A stretch of DNA of 64,000 bases from assembly GCF_006345805.1 (NCBI RefSeq), contig NW_021832248.1, forward strand, positions 6,969 to 70,968. Direction: 5' to 3'. The position numbers and the translations under genes are program-made. Below the pieces are notes generated by a model. That model searched no databases, had not been told where the DNA came from, and was given only the letters and a program-made list of their open reading frames with translations. Positions 1 to 13,043 of this stretch are shown here, one piece after another (within the stretch, counting starts at the first letter, position 1; each line of letters starts with the position of its first letter). The stretch is from Octopus sinensis. Lineage: Eukaryota.

Positions 1-15
1 TATATATCATATATT

Positions 16-61
<46 letters not shown>

Positions 62-254
62 ATATATATATATATATATATATAATAAATCAACTAATAG
101 GGTGAGAAAGCTGGATACTAATTAATAGTACATCCATTTAACACCAAGTGGCTTAGTGCATAAAACCTGGATTACGATAAATTTTATACATAAATATAAG
201 AGAGTTACCACTATTTTTAGTGCTAGAGTCGACCACATAGTGGTTACACTCTTA

Positions 255-291
<37 letters not shown>

Positions 292-293
<2 letters not shown>

Positions 294-455
294 GACGGGC
301 TTCTTACAGTTTCCATCTATCAAATCCACTTACTAGGCTTTGGCCGACCTGAGGCTATAGTAGAAGACACTTGCCTAAGGTGCCATAGAGTGGGACCAAA
401 CCCGGAACCATGTGGTTGGGAAACAAGCTTCTTACCACACAGCCACTCCTGCGCC
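292..455 (-). mobile_element. SINE family A, tRNA-like 5' head only
   Basis: Minus strand reads GGCGCAGGAGTGGCTGTGTGGTAAG...GGTTCCGGGTT (A/B-box-like); the same head recurs at 1432-1590, 4675-4838, 55946-56092, 61594-61757. Confidence 0.85.
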
Positions 456-767
456 CCCATCTCTCTCTCTCTCTCTCTCTCTTTTATATATATATATATA
501 CACACACACACATAGACACATGTATATATATATATATATAAATATACTCTTACTCTTTACTCTATTACTTGTTTCAATCATTTGACTGCGGCCATGCTGG
601 AGCACCGCCTTTAATCGAGCAACTCGACCCCGGGGCTTATTCTTTGGTAAGCCCAGTACTTATTCTATCGGTCTCTTTTCCGACCGCTAAGTACGGGGAC
701 ATAAATACCCAGCATCGGTGTCAAACAATGCTAGGGGACAAACACAGACACACAAACACACGCATAA

Positions 768-1379
<612 letters not shown>

Positions 1380-1588
1380 TTATACATAATATATATATAT
1401 ATACATATATATATAACATATAACATATATCGCACGGGCTTCTTTCAGTTTCCGTCTACCAATCCACTCACAAGGCTTCGGTCGGCCCGAGGCTATAGTA
1501 GAAGACACTTGCCCAAGGTGGCACGCAGTGGACTGAACCCGGAACCATGCGTTGGTAGACAAGCTACTTACACACAGCCACTTCTGCG

Positions 1589-1646
<58 letters not shown>

Positions 1647-1787
1647 ATATATATTATATATATATATATAATATATATATGGTTGTATGAGTTTGTCATG
1701 TGTATACGTTTTGTTTTGTTTAGGTGTTTGTGCTACCGCTAGCACTGTTATGTGTGTATACAATAGGTATATATATATATATATATA

Positions 1788-2365
1788 TTATAGAAACCCA
1801 GCAGTGGATAAGAGTGATGACATACTCTGGGAAAGAGTCGATGAAGATGAATCGGTCTATTCTGGAGGATATTCGGGCCCGGAACTAACATGGATAAATT
1901 CCAGAAATGCTTGGACTGGCAATACTACAAAAGAGGACTACCGGTTCTTGTTAAATTCCACAGAGTTGGAAGCATCACCAGGTGGGACAACCTGGGATTC
2001 GCGTAGATCAAAGAAAGCATACTGCACGGACTCATGTCGTGTCAGAACGTTACTGACTTTTGGATTTATATAAAATTGTTTTTGTTGCATGTTAAACGAA
2101 TCTATTTCCCAAATCTACTGTGATGATTGCCCCATTGCCCACCTTTGACAAGGCAGAATAAGCAGCGTTCCTCTATTTAGTAGCTATGGCAAAAGAGATT
2201 GTGATGGATGAGGAAAGATTGAGGGAAGATACCGTCTCCTTCAGTCAAGCCTGCATCGATTTTTTAAATTTCTACTTGGAAAAGAAAGTGAGGCTGGAGA
2301 GGGATCTGCTGCCTCCCAATGAAATAAGATGGGTGACTGTGGCATGGCAAGAATGGTTAGGGTGA
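1788..2365 (+). mobile_element. Degenerate Tx1/L1-clade LINE ORF2 C-terminus (zf-RVT region)
   Basis: Frameshifted translation ESILHGLMSCQNVTDFW...FLYLVAMAKEIV...DFLNFYLEKKVRLERDLL...RWVTVAW* resembles Tx1-type ORF2 ends. Confidence 0.65.
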
Positions 2366-2494
2366 ATGAACCTAATTAAAACTTGCGCCTGTTGGTTGGA
2401 GAACAACAATTGGGTGAGGACTCGTGTGTCTTTTGTGGTTAGGTTAATCTTGGATCTGTGAGGTATTTTTTTGGCGCTAGTTCTACCTATAACC

Positions 2495-3210
2495 TTAGGA
2501 AAAAACAGTGGGCCTGCGGCTCGGCATCTGGAGAAGCAAGTCCATACCATCCAACTGCGTCGTTGGGCGTTGGACCGACGGACCTGTTAAACTGCTCGAG
2601 GTCTGATTCGGTCCGGACCTCTAGATGGACAAAAATTGGGGCGTGGCAATGAGCAGGGTGACTACTCTCACGCAGAAATGGGCCGAGAGAAAGCTATCCT
2701 TAAATGGTTGAGTAGAGGTGGCTAGCGCCTATATTGCATCCGTCATCTACTATCGCTTGAACATTGTGCCTTGTTCTGGCCACCGTGTGATTAAACTGGA
2801 GCATCTATTTTCCGCTTTTTGTAGAAGGAATGCGTCCCAATCGTCAGGCGGTCTGTCTGCTGTCAGCACCTGCTGCGTAGTGGCTTGGACATGCCTGGTT
2901 GATGATGCGTAGACATGCGCTGAGGTTATGACATCTCCAGTGCTTCTTTGCCGGTGAACAAGTGTGGTTGCCGCTCGCCAGACCACGTATTTCCGCTGCT
3001 AGTTTCTTTAATAAAGCTGCAGTCCTGAGTAAAACTGAGACCAGGGGGGTGGGGGGCGTTTGGAAAGAGGAATGCACACGGTCCTCAGCCAATCGGACGG
3101 TGCGATAAGTTAACATCAACTTTAATTTTTTATAGAGGATTAGTGGAGGAAAAGTGCGACGACGTTCTTGGGGAGACGTTGGGCGTTGAAGATCAGCTAG
3201 CAGAACCACC
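2495..3210 (+). mobile_element. Degenerate Tx1/L1-clade LINE ORF2, late RT/thumb region
   Basis: EKTVGLRLGIWRSK...GRWTDGPVKLL...WAERKLSLNG*VEVASAYIASVIYYRL...FYRGLVEEKCDDVLGETLG, with stops and frameshifts. Confidence 0.7.
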
Positions 3211-3669
3211 TATATCCTTTTTTTCCTTTCTAGTCAGCACCGTGCTTTCTTTACTATTGCCCTCTCTACTGGCAGAAGCAATTTCTCCATCTAGGTTTAT
3301 GTTTATCTCTTTTTGTCATTGGGCATTGAGATGGTTGTGAGGTGTGCTAAAAATAACAGATGTTTTAAAAAATATATCTTTTAAATTAAAGTTTATTTGC
3401 CAACAACTAACTCAGAGATTTAAAACTAACTGGTTTTCTCTTTTAAATTAACATAAAAACATTTATTTACATGAAAGAAAATTACGGGAGAAATTTCAAC
3501 TAAATCTTTGTTAAAAATTGTAATGTTTTATGACATGTAACGTGTTGTGTATCGCATTTGCATTAAACACTGGTGGTTATAAAGTGTGCTAAAACTTACA
3601 GCTAAATAAGATTTATTGACATGAAATAAAATTACCGGAAACATAACACGTTGTTTACAAAAAAATTTT

Positions 3670-3797
3670 TCTACTCAGCGCACAAGGCCCGAGACTTTTG
3701 GGGAAGGGACCAGTCGATTAGATCGACCCCAGTACGCAACTGGTACTTAAATTTATCGACCCCGAAAGGATGAAAGGCAAAGTCGATCTCGACGGAG
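3670..3797 (-). mobile_element. SINE family B fragment (Meta-domain-like core)
   Basis: Minus strand has the TTTGCCTTTCATCCTTTCGGGGTCGATAAAT..AAGTACCAG core shared with the other B copies. Confidence 0.8.
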
Positions 3798-3987
3798 TGC
3801 TATTTTCAAAATATTGACCACAGTGTATTTATGAAACCTTCAAGCAGCTTCCGTACTTTCATATGCGTCCGAAACATTATCGTTGCAATAGTAATTCAGA
3901 TCTCCGGCTAACAAGCGTATGTGTCCAGTATCGATGATATTGGCATCTGAATGAGAGCACAATACAAGATTCGTATAGTAATCGGAG

Positions 3988-4050
3988 GTCGCCATTTTGA
4001 ATGCCAACCTTTATTAACTTGACAAGGTGAAAGTGAGCTCTGATTGGCTG
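3988..4050 (-). promoter_or_regulatory. Candidate promoter elements: CCAAT (NF-Y) box and YY1 motif
   Basis: Minus strand CAGCCAATCAGAG (4038-4050) lies about 40 bp upstream of TCAAAATGGCGAC (3988-4000), in unique, CpG-retaining sequence. Confidence 0.35.
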
Positions 4051-4398
4051 TATGGAAATGAATACTTTACTGGGGTCCGGAATTCTTGTGGGCAAAAAAC
4101 ATTTCGCGAACGGGTCTGCTTTGAGCGTGCACCTGCAGTTGGAAAAAAGGAAAGGAAAAAGGCATCTGTCCCAAAATTCAGGGTACCCATGGATTTTTGG
4201 GTTTTTTTCCATGAGTAGCCCTCGAACGTCTCCTCTTTATTGAGGAGTACACATCGTTGATTTCTTTCTTTTCTTTTTTTTTATTTGTCTCGTTCACAAG
4301 CAAAACTCTCACAACAGCACACACACTCACAAAGCTACATACACATTTTTTTTTGTTTTGTCCTGTACAGGCCATAATGATTTTCTTAATATTAACCC

Positions 4399-4613
4399 TT
4401 ACTCTTTTACTTGTTTCAGTCATGTATGTGACTGTGGCCATGCCGGAGCACCACCTTTAGTCGAGCAAATCGACCCCAGGACTTATTCTATCGGCGTATT
4501 TTGCCAAACCGCTAAGTTACGGGGACGTAAACAAACCAGAATCGGTTGTCAAGCGATGTTGGGGTGACAAACACAGACACACAAATACAAATACACACAT
4601 ACACACACACACT

Positions 4614-4667
<54 letters not shown>

Positions 4668-4838
4668 CATATATACGACGGGCTTCTTTAAGTTTCCGTC
4701 TACCACATCCACTCACAAGGCTTTGGTTAGCCCGAGGCTATAGTAGAAGATACTTGCCCAAGATGCCACGCAGTGGGACTGAACCCGGAACCATGTGGTT
4801 CGTAAGCAAGCTACTTACCACACAGCCACTCCTACGCC
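4399..4838 (-). mobile_element. SINE family A, full length
   Basis: Head 4675-4838, internal (CA)/(TA)n, tail 4399-4600. Confidence 0.85.
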
Positions 4839-5676
4839 TTATGTTTTTAAAAAAAATCATTATCATTATCATGTTATTATTACTATTATTATTATTCAGT
4901 GAATTAAATAGTTTATCGAACTCCGTGAGAGAAAGCACCGATGCTACCTACCGCACCAGCTTCAAAGTCTATCATTGTGCAAGAAATTTAACTCCATGTG
5001 CTGAAGGCTTTAATAGTTATTTAAGTGTAACGTTACAAGATTCTTTGACTGGGTCATGCTGACAGCAGCTACGATAATAATATGAACCCAGTATGTTGTT
5101 GGATACGAGACGTATCAAGTAACGTTTGTTGAACTGACCGAACAAAAAAACCTTGTAGACGTAATGTTTAAGAGACATGCAGACACACATACATACAAAC
5201 ACTAAAATACGAGAAAACAGGATACCATGTGAGTGCTAAGTTAGGGCTAGGAGAACAACGTGATTATGTTACTGAATAAATAATACTGCCATATATGTGA
5301 ACAGAAGAGAAAACTAATATATATATATGCATAGGCACACGTAATCACGCACGCACACCCACACATACACATACATAGATACATACATTCATACACAAAT
5401 ACACGCACTCAAACACTCACACATACATACATATATATGCCCCCTTATTCTAATTTAACTAACTTAATAAACTTCATCATTTTTGGTTGATGGTAATTAA
5501 AAACCTGTCAGACTGCTCAAGCTGCGTTCTGGCCTAAAACTCGCAGTAAAAGTCCATTGTCATTGAGATTAAATCCAAGCTGGTAAAGCATTTCCCTGGT
5601 ACTATTTCAAGATTGAAATAAAGCTACAGACATTTTGTTCCACGCAAAGTATCAACTACATTTTACTATTATATAT

Positions 5677-5766
<90 letters not shown>

Positions 5767-5782
5767 TATATGTATATATATA

Positions 5783-6196
5783 TGTAAATATAATATGTGA
5801 CAATTATTCGGTAGCCATGATAAACTCCGTGTTTCTGATGTCGGGGCGGAAACCCACGCCGCTATACTCTTCAGTAATTCGGCCATCGAAAAAATGCTAT
5901 GAAAATGACCGTTAAACAACGGGGAATTATTGTGTGATTGATCGTTATTAAGAAAAAAGAGCTATTAGAATGACCGCTAAGTGAGGGGAGAGAGTAAAGG
6001 TAAGGGAGTAAAAATGTTCATAGTAATCGCGTAAGCGCGCATGTCCAAACCTACACATGCGCACCCGCACACCCACGTACATGTGCCTATAAGAATATTC
6101 TCATCCACCCTCACGGGCGGCGTGGGTTTCCGCCCCGACATCGGAATCTCGGAGTTGTATCATGGCTACCGAAGATTGTCACATATTATATTTACA
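5783..6196. mobile_element. MITE with 80-bp terminal inverted repeats (TGT...ACA)
   Basis: 5783-5862 is the reverse complement of 6117-6196 apart from about 6 differences; the interior is non-coding. Confidence 0.8.
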
Positions 6197-6467
6197 GATA
6201 AATTCCTCTATTTACATAATATCTAGGTCTCTTTCATTCTTTTGTTTTCTTACCATTTCTAAGATATCTATATATATAGATAAGAAAGTTTGTTTGGTAA
6301 AGCACGTGGGTGAATATATAAGAAAATAGTAAAGTGTGAAAAAAACGACGAAGGCTTAAATGTTAAAAATATATATATTTGTGTCAAATGTCTGGAGAAT
6401 ATGGAAAATTTTTTTTTTTTTTTTTTTTTTTCCTTTCCTTAAAATGACATAATTTTAAAAATTTTTA

Positions 6468-6506
6468 AAGAAATACCGGTTTCGCGTGTAGCTTTTCAAA
6501 TTTCTT
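6468..6506 (-). ncRNA. Minimal hammerhead, U3-A8 variant (left arm)
   Basis: AAGAAAT-TTGAAAA-GC(TACAC)GC-GAAAC-CG-GTA-TTTCTT; one A missing from the helix I 3' strand relative to the consensus. Confidence 0.65.
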
Positions 6507-8129
6507 GTGACGTTATGTTTATATTGCATGGAATTATCGTTGTTTTTATTTCCAGGAGATTTCTAAATAAGGGAGGTAGTGAATGATTTTTTCCGGTGTA
6601 GGGAGATAATCGCTTAAAAATTTTTTTTTCCCTTTTCCTTGTTAATTTCTCTGTGTCAGTATGTTCGGATGGTTGAGTCTGGGTTTGTACTTTTCAATGA
6701 AGAATGTTTCCTTGTTCAGTCTCATTTGCGTTGATGATCCGAAAGCACATTGGTAAAATGGGAAGATAAAAATTGTGGCAGTAGTTGCTTTGCGCATTTC
6801 TCAATGTGCTCACTAAAAGGTATCATTCTATATTCTGGGAATGCAATCTGTTGTCGATGCAGTGTGCATCTGCGCCTGAGTGATAGTCCCGTGGAACCCC
6901 GTAGTCTTGGTGGCAGCCCGAGCATTTAATAACATAAATTATGTTTTCAGAGGCACAAGTAAAGTTAGATTTGATCTTAAATTTCTGTCCCTCTTTAAAG
7001 AAGAATTCTGATCCTTCCAATAGGTTAGGACATGTTGCACAGTTCGATCTACCACATTTTTTTTACTTTTGCATCCGTAATTTTAGAAGACAATTTTGCC
7101 TTTGTGAGAATCTTTTTCAGTGATTTAGGCTGTTTGTAGCTTTTAATGATTTGGTGTATGTTTAGAATTTCCTTTAATTTGGGTTTTTATGAAGTATTGG
7201 TAAATTCTGGGTGATGATGGTGAAGGCCTTCTTTGTTTCTGGGGTTGTATGTAGATATGTAAGGTAGTATTTTCGGGGAAGGTGTTGTTTGTGTTGAACT
7301 TTTCTTAAAGACGTGCAACAGAAATCAACATAAACTTTAAGAAAAGTTCAACACAACAACACACCTTCCCCGAAAATACTACCTTACATATCTACATACA
7401 ACCCCAGAAACAAAGAAGCCTTCACCATCATCACCCAGAATTTACCAATACTTCATAAAAACCCAAAATTAAAGGAAATTCTAAACATACACCAAATCAT
7501 TAAAGCTACAAACAGCCTAATCATTGAAAAAGATTCTCACAAAGGCAAAATTGTCTTCTAAAATTACGATGCAAAAGTAAAAAATGTGGTAGATCGAACT
7601 GTGCACATGTCCTAACCTATTGGAAGGATCAGAATTCTTCTTTAAAGAGGGACAGAATTTAAGATCAAATCTAACTTACTTGTGCCTCTGAAAACATAAT
7701 TTATGTTATTAAATGCTCGGGCTGCCACCAAGACTACGTGGGTTCCACGGAACTATCATCAGGCGCAGATGCACACTGCATCGACAACAGATTGCAATCC
7801 CAGAATATAGAATGATACCTTTTAGTGAGCACATTGAGAAATGCGCAAAGCAACTACTGCCACAATTTTTAATCTTCCCATTTTACCAATGTGCTTCGGA
7901 TCATCACGCAAATGAGACTGAACAAGGAAACATTCTTCATTGAAAGTACAAACCCAGACTCAACCATCCGAACATATGACACAGAGAAATTAACAAGGAA
8001 AAGGGAAAAAAATTTTTAAGCGATTATCTCCCCTACACCGGAAAAAAATCACTCACTACCTCCCCTTATTTAGAAATCTCCTGGGAATAAAAACAACGAT
8101 AATTCCATGCAATATAAACATAACGTCAC

Positions 8130-8170
8130 AAGAAATTTGAAAAGCTACACGCGAAACCGGTAATTTTCTT
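8130..8170 (+). ncRNA. Minimal hammerhead, U3-A8 variant (right arm)
   Basis: AAGAAAT-TTGAAAA-GC(TACAC)GC-GAAAC-CG-GTA-ATTTTCTT; palindromic helix III ACCGGT, GUA triplet. Confidence 0.7.
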
Positions 8171-8324
8171 AAAAATTTTAAAATTATGTCATTTTAAGGA
8201 AAGGAAAAAAAAAAAAAAGAAAAAAAAAAAAAAAAAATTTTTCAATATTTCTCCAGACATTGTGACACAAACATATATTTTTTTAACATTTAGCCTTCTG
8301 TCGTTTTTTCACACTTTACTATTT

Positions 8325-8359
<35 letters not shown>

Positions 8360-8364
<5 letters not shown>

Positions 8365-11300
8365 GGCTTAGTAAAATAAATTACTTTGCCGCATACTGAA
8401 CTCATTAAATAGCAGCTAAAAACTTTTTTAAAGCTATTTCTAATACTTAAAAGAATCTCTCTCATATATAGTGTTTGCTTAATTCAACTCACAACAAGTT
8501 TGGGGGTAAGGACACTCGAAAAATCAAATGCTAAGGTTATTCGAGAACGTACGTTTCAAATTAGTCAAAACAACATTTCATCATCGGCTCAGAATTCCTT
8601 GGTTTGGATTTGGAAACACTGAGAATAAAACATACCCTTTCGAAGAATCTGCTCCCACTACAGTGCCAACAAATTCAAATAAGCAAGCGAAGAATCTCTG
8701 TTCTCCTCCCTTTCCACCAGCGTGGGTTAAAATCATCAAACACTATGCTTATTTCGGTAAAATCCGAGGCATTAATCAGAGGGAGATAATTATAATTTCA
8801 CAACAATTGAGGGCAAAATTAATAATTTTAAATCAATTCACCAAGTGTTCAGTATGCAAAGGGACCATTCAAGGCGAATTCAAATTTTACATTATATAAA
8901 AGGGCTTAGTAAAATAAATTACTTTGCCGCATACTGAACTCATTAGAAATAGCAGCTAAAAAACTTTTTTAAGCTATTTCTAATACTTAAAGAAAATCTC
9001 TCTCATATATAGTGTTTGCTTAATTCAACTCACACAAGTTGGGGGTAAGGACATCGAAAAATCAAATGCTAAGGTTATTCGAGAACGTACGTTTCAAGAT
9101 TAGTCAAAACAACATTCTATCATCGGCTCAGAAATTCCTTGGTTTGGATTTGAACACTGAAAATAAGAACATACCCTTTCGAAGATCTGCTCCCAACTAA
9201 CAGTGCCAAACAAATTCAAATAAGCAAGCGAAGAATCTCTGTTCTCCCCTTTCCACCAGCGTGGGTTAAAATCATCAAACACTATGCTTATTTCGGTAAA
9301 ATCCGAAGCATTAATCAGAGGGAGATTAATTATAATTTCAACAATTGAGGGCAAAATTAATTAATTATTAATCAATTTCACCAATTGTTCAGTATGCAAA
9401 GGGACCATTCAAGGCGAATTCAAATTATTACATTATATAAAAGGGCTTAGTAAAATAAATTACTTTGCCGCATACTGAACTCATTAGAAATAGCAGCTAA
9501 AAAACTTTTTTAAAGCTATTTCTAATACTTAAAGAAAATCTCTCTCATATATATGTGTTTTTGCTTAATTCAACTCACACAAGTTTGGGGGTAAGGACAT
9601 CGAAAAATCAAATGCTAAGTTTTTCGAGAACGTACGTTTCAAGATTAGTCAAAACAACATTTCTATCATCGGCTCAGAAATTCCTTGGTTTGGATTTGGA
9701 AACACTGAAAATAAGAATACCCTTTCGAAGATCTGCTCCCAACTAACAGTGCCAAACAAATTCAAATAAGCAAGCGAAGTGCATACTGAACACTTGGTGA
9801 AATTGATTAATAATTAATTATTTTGCCCTCAATTGTTGAAATTATAATTAACTCCCTCTGATTAATGCTTCGGATTTTACCGAAATAAGCATAAGTGTTT
9901 GATGATTTTAACCCACGCTGGTGGAAAGGGGAGAACAGAGATTCTTCGCTTGCTTATTTGAATTTGTTTGGCACTGTTAGTTGGGAGCAGATCTTCGAAA
10001 GGGTAATGTTCTTATTTTCAGTGTTTCCAAATCAAACCAAGGAATTTCTGAGCCGATGATAGAAATGTTGTTTTGACTAATCTTGAAACGTACGTTCTCG
10101 AATAACCTTAGCATTTGATTTTTCGATGTCCTTACCCCCAAACTTGTGTGAGTTGAATTAAGCAAACACTATATATGAGAGAGATTTTCTTAAGTATTAG
10201 AATAGCTTTAAAAAGTTTTTTAGCTGCTATTTCTAATGAGTTCAGTATGCGGCAAAGTATTTATTTTACTAGCCCTTTTTATATATGTAATAATTTGAAT
10301 TCGCCTTGAATGGTCCCTTTGCATACTGAACACTTGGTGAAATTGATTAATAATTAATTAATTTTGCCCTCAATTGTTGAAATTATATATTAATTCATCT
10401 CCCTCTGATTAATGCTTCGATTTTACCGAAATAAGCATAGTGTTTGATGATTTTAACCCACGCTGGTGGAAAGGGGAGAACAGAGATTCTTCGCTTGCTT
10501 ATTTGAATTTGTTTGGCACTGTTAGTTGGGAGCAGATCTCTTCGAAAGGGTATGTTCTTATTTTCAGTGTTTCCAAATCCAAACCAAGGAATTTCTGAGC
10601 CGATGATAGAAATGTTGTTTTGACTAATCTTGAAACGTACGTTCTCGAATAACCTTAGCATTTGATTTTTCGATGTCCTTACCCCCAAACTGTGTGAGTT
10701 GAATTAAGCAAACACTATATATGAGAGAGATTTTCTTTATTATTAGAAATAGCTTTAAAAAGTTTTTTAGCTGCTATTTCTAATGAGTTCAGTATGCGGC
10801 AAGTAATTTATTTTACTAAGCCCTTTTATATATGTAATAATTTGAATTCGCCTTGAATGGTCCCTTTGCATACTGAACACTTGGTGAAATTGATTAATAA
10901 TTAATTAATTTTGCCCTCAATTGTTGAAATTATAATTAATCTCCCTCTGATTAATGCTTCGGATTTTACCGAAATAAGCAGGTGTTTGATGATTTTAACC
11001 CACGCTGGTGGAAAGGGGAGAACAGAGATTCTTCGCTTGCTTATTTGAATTTGTTTGGCACTGTTAGTTGGAGCAGATCTTCGAAAGGGTATGTTCTTAT
11101 TTTCAGTGTTTCCAAATCCAAACCAAGGAATTTCTGAGCCGATGATAGAAATGTTGTTTTGACTAATCTTGAAACGTACGTTCTCGAATAACCTTAGCAT
11201 TTGATTTTTCGATGTCCTTACCCCCCAAACTTGTGTGAGTTGAATTAAGCAAACACTATATATGAGAGAGATTTTCTTTAAGTATTAGAATAGCTTAAAA

Positions 11301-11471
11301 AAGTTTTTTAGCTGCTATTTCTAATGAGTTCAGTATGCGGCAAAGTAATTTATTTTACTAAGCCCTTTTATATAATGTAATAATTTGAATTCGCCTTGAA
11401 TGGTCCCTTGCATACTGAACACTTGGTGAAATTGATTAATAATTATTAATTTTGCCCTCAATTGTTGAAAT
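8360..11471. mobile_element. ~540-bp HHR-bearing tandem array with internal inversion (retrozyme/PLE-derived)
   Basis: About 2.6 units (8360-9779) in one orientation, then about 3.1 units (9780-11471) inverted; (TA)n on both sides; one HHR per unit. Confidence 0.85.
10046..10102 (+). ncRNA. Hammerhead (U4C core, CCGAUGA) of the 540-bp repeat; representative of six copies
   Basis: TTCTGAG-CCGATGA-TAGA...TCTT-GAAAC-GTAC-GTT-CTCGAA. Other copies: 10593-10649 and 11132-11188 (+); 8540-8594, 9078-9133, 9623-9679 (-). Confidence 0.7.
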
Positions 11472-11610
11472 TAATATATATATATATATATATATATATT
11501 AATATAATATATATATATATAGTTAATCCAACAAGAAAGCAAAAAGACAACAACGCAAGGACGTGGAACAAAAAGTATTATTGGACGCTCAGGAAAAGGG
11601 AAGAAGGAGG

Positions 11611-11645
11611 GTTTGACGTTTCGAGCGGAGCTCTTCGTCGGAACA
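11611..11645 (-). ncRNA. Minimal hammerhead-like motif in a ~200-bp repeat (11522-11730)
   Basis: TGTT-CCGACGA-A-GAGC(TCC)GCTC-GAAAC-GTC-AAAC; helix I is weak (2 bp). Confidence 0.55.
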
Positions 11646-12296
11646 TAGGGGAGGAAAGATCCTGAGAAGGGAAGACAGAGGAAAAAAATCGCTAGTGATA
11701 CAGACGAGGTCATTGTGTCACCTGAGCTGTATAAGATCACAGTTCACACACTTAACACCTCACGGGTGTATTCCATCTAGCAATAGCAATGTTACATAGA
11801 CTGACTTAGATTAGTATCTCCCATATATTTCAGCACAATAAACCCGAATGTTTTTGTAATTAGCAGCCAATTTGTTTCAACTCTTCAGACACGCATCATA
11901 GATCGTAGATATAATGTCTCATTTTCAAGATTATGTTCAAATACTTCATTATCACCTGGGCCCACATTTATTCACTTCTAGTGGACTAAAGTTTCGACGA
12001 TGTTTCGAATCTCACATACTCTAGGAAATTTTCCGCTTTCTTCTCTTTTCTCTTGTTACTGAGAGTTTTAAATGATAGAGTGAAGAAATAGAGTACAGAC
12101 AACAAAGAGAAGAATGGGCGAAGTAAATTCTCTTAGATTCTCAACTGTGCTGTAATTTGAGGGTGTGTAGAGGAAGATGTATGAAACGATATGGAACGTC
12201 AAGTAATATTGAACTTTGAACACATCTTTCAGAACACTATTTGATCCGAGAGTAACAATGTAATCACCGAAATCATATATATATATAAATATATTA

Positions 12297-12357
<61 letters not shown>

Positions 12358-12358
<1 letters not shown>

Positions 12359-12910
12359 AAATATTAGGGAATAAATCCAAACTTACAGGGAAAATCAGAT
12401 TTAAGATTGAATCCAATTTATAGTAAAATATTATATTATATTAATTAGAGATAAAACCACTATTAGGCAAATCATACAATGAAAAACTTAAGCCAATACA
12501 TAAGATTAATTAATTTATATTATTTAAATATATATCAAAATTATTAAAAAAAGATAATTAATATAACACTACGATCGTTTCATGGCTGTTTAATTCTTAA
12601 ATTTTTCGAGTTACAGTCATTCTTCAGTGGTTTAAATATTTAACTTGGCGAGGTTTAATCAATGAACTCAAAGTTCATTGATTATTCTCATCCACCTCGC
12701 CAAGTTAAATATTTAAACCACGTGAAGATGACTGTAACTCGAAAATTTTAGAATTGAACAGCCATGAAACGATCGTAGTGTTATATTAATTATCTTTTTT
12801 TAATTTTTGATATATATTTAAATAATATAAATTTAATCTTATGTATTGGCTTAAGTTTTTCATTGTATGATTTGCCTAATAGTGGTTTTATCTCTAATTT
12901 AATATAATAT
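12358..12910. mobile_element. Fold-back element (hairpin family) with a degenerate HHR in each ~220-bp arm and a one-sided tail
   Basis: Arms ~12433-12655 and ~12693-12905; HHRs at 12565-12632 (-) and 12716-12782 (+); tail 12358-12432; (TA)n flanks. Confidence 0.75.
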
Positions 12911-12988
12911 ATATATATATACACACACAAAAACTATATTCCTGATTAACCATTCTTTGATATTGCTGCAACCCTTATGCGTGTATAG

Positions 12989-13043
<55 letters not shown>

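Larger units (their letters stand above)
6200..8332. mobile_element. Palindromic Penelope-like element (Neptune-type): two 5'-truncated GIY-YIG/3' pLTR arms joined 5'-to-5'
   Basis: Arms ~6314-7310 (-) and 7335-8332 (+), 24-bp spacer. Two-arm consensus reads ...KCGRSNCATC...FTCASENIIYVIKCSGCHQDYVGSTGLSLRRRCTLHRQQI...ETFFIEKYKPRLN...*: Cys-rich linker plus GIY-YIG motif. Confidence 0.85.

Noticed and set aside
8528-11200. ORFs MLRLFENVRFK... in the 540-bp repeat
   Set aside because: Frames differ between copies, no recognisable domain, and they are antisense to the ribozyme strand.
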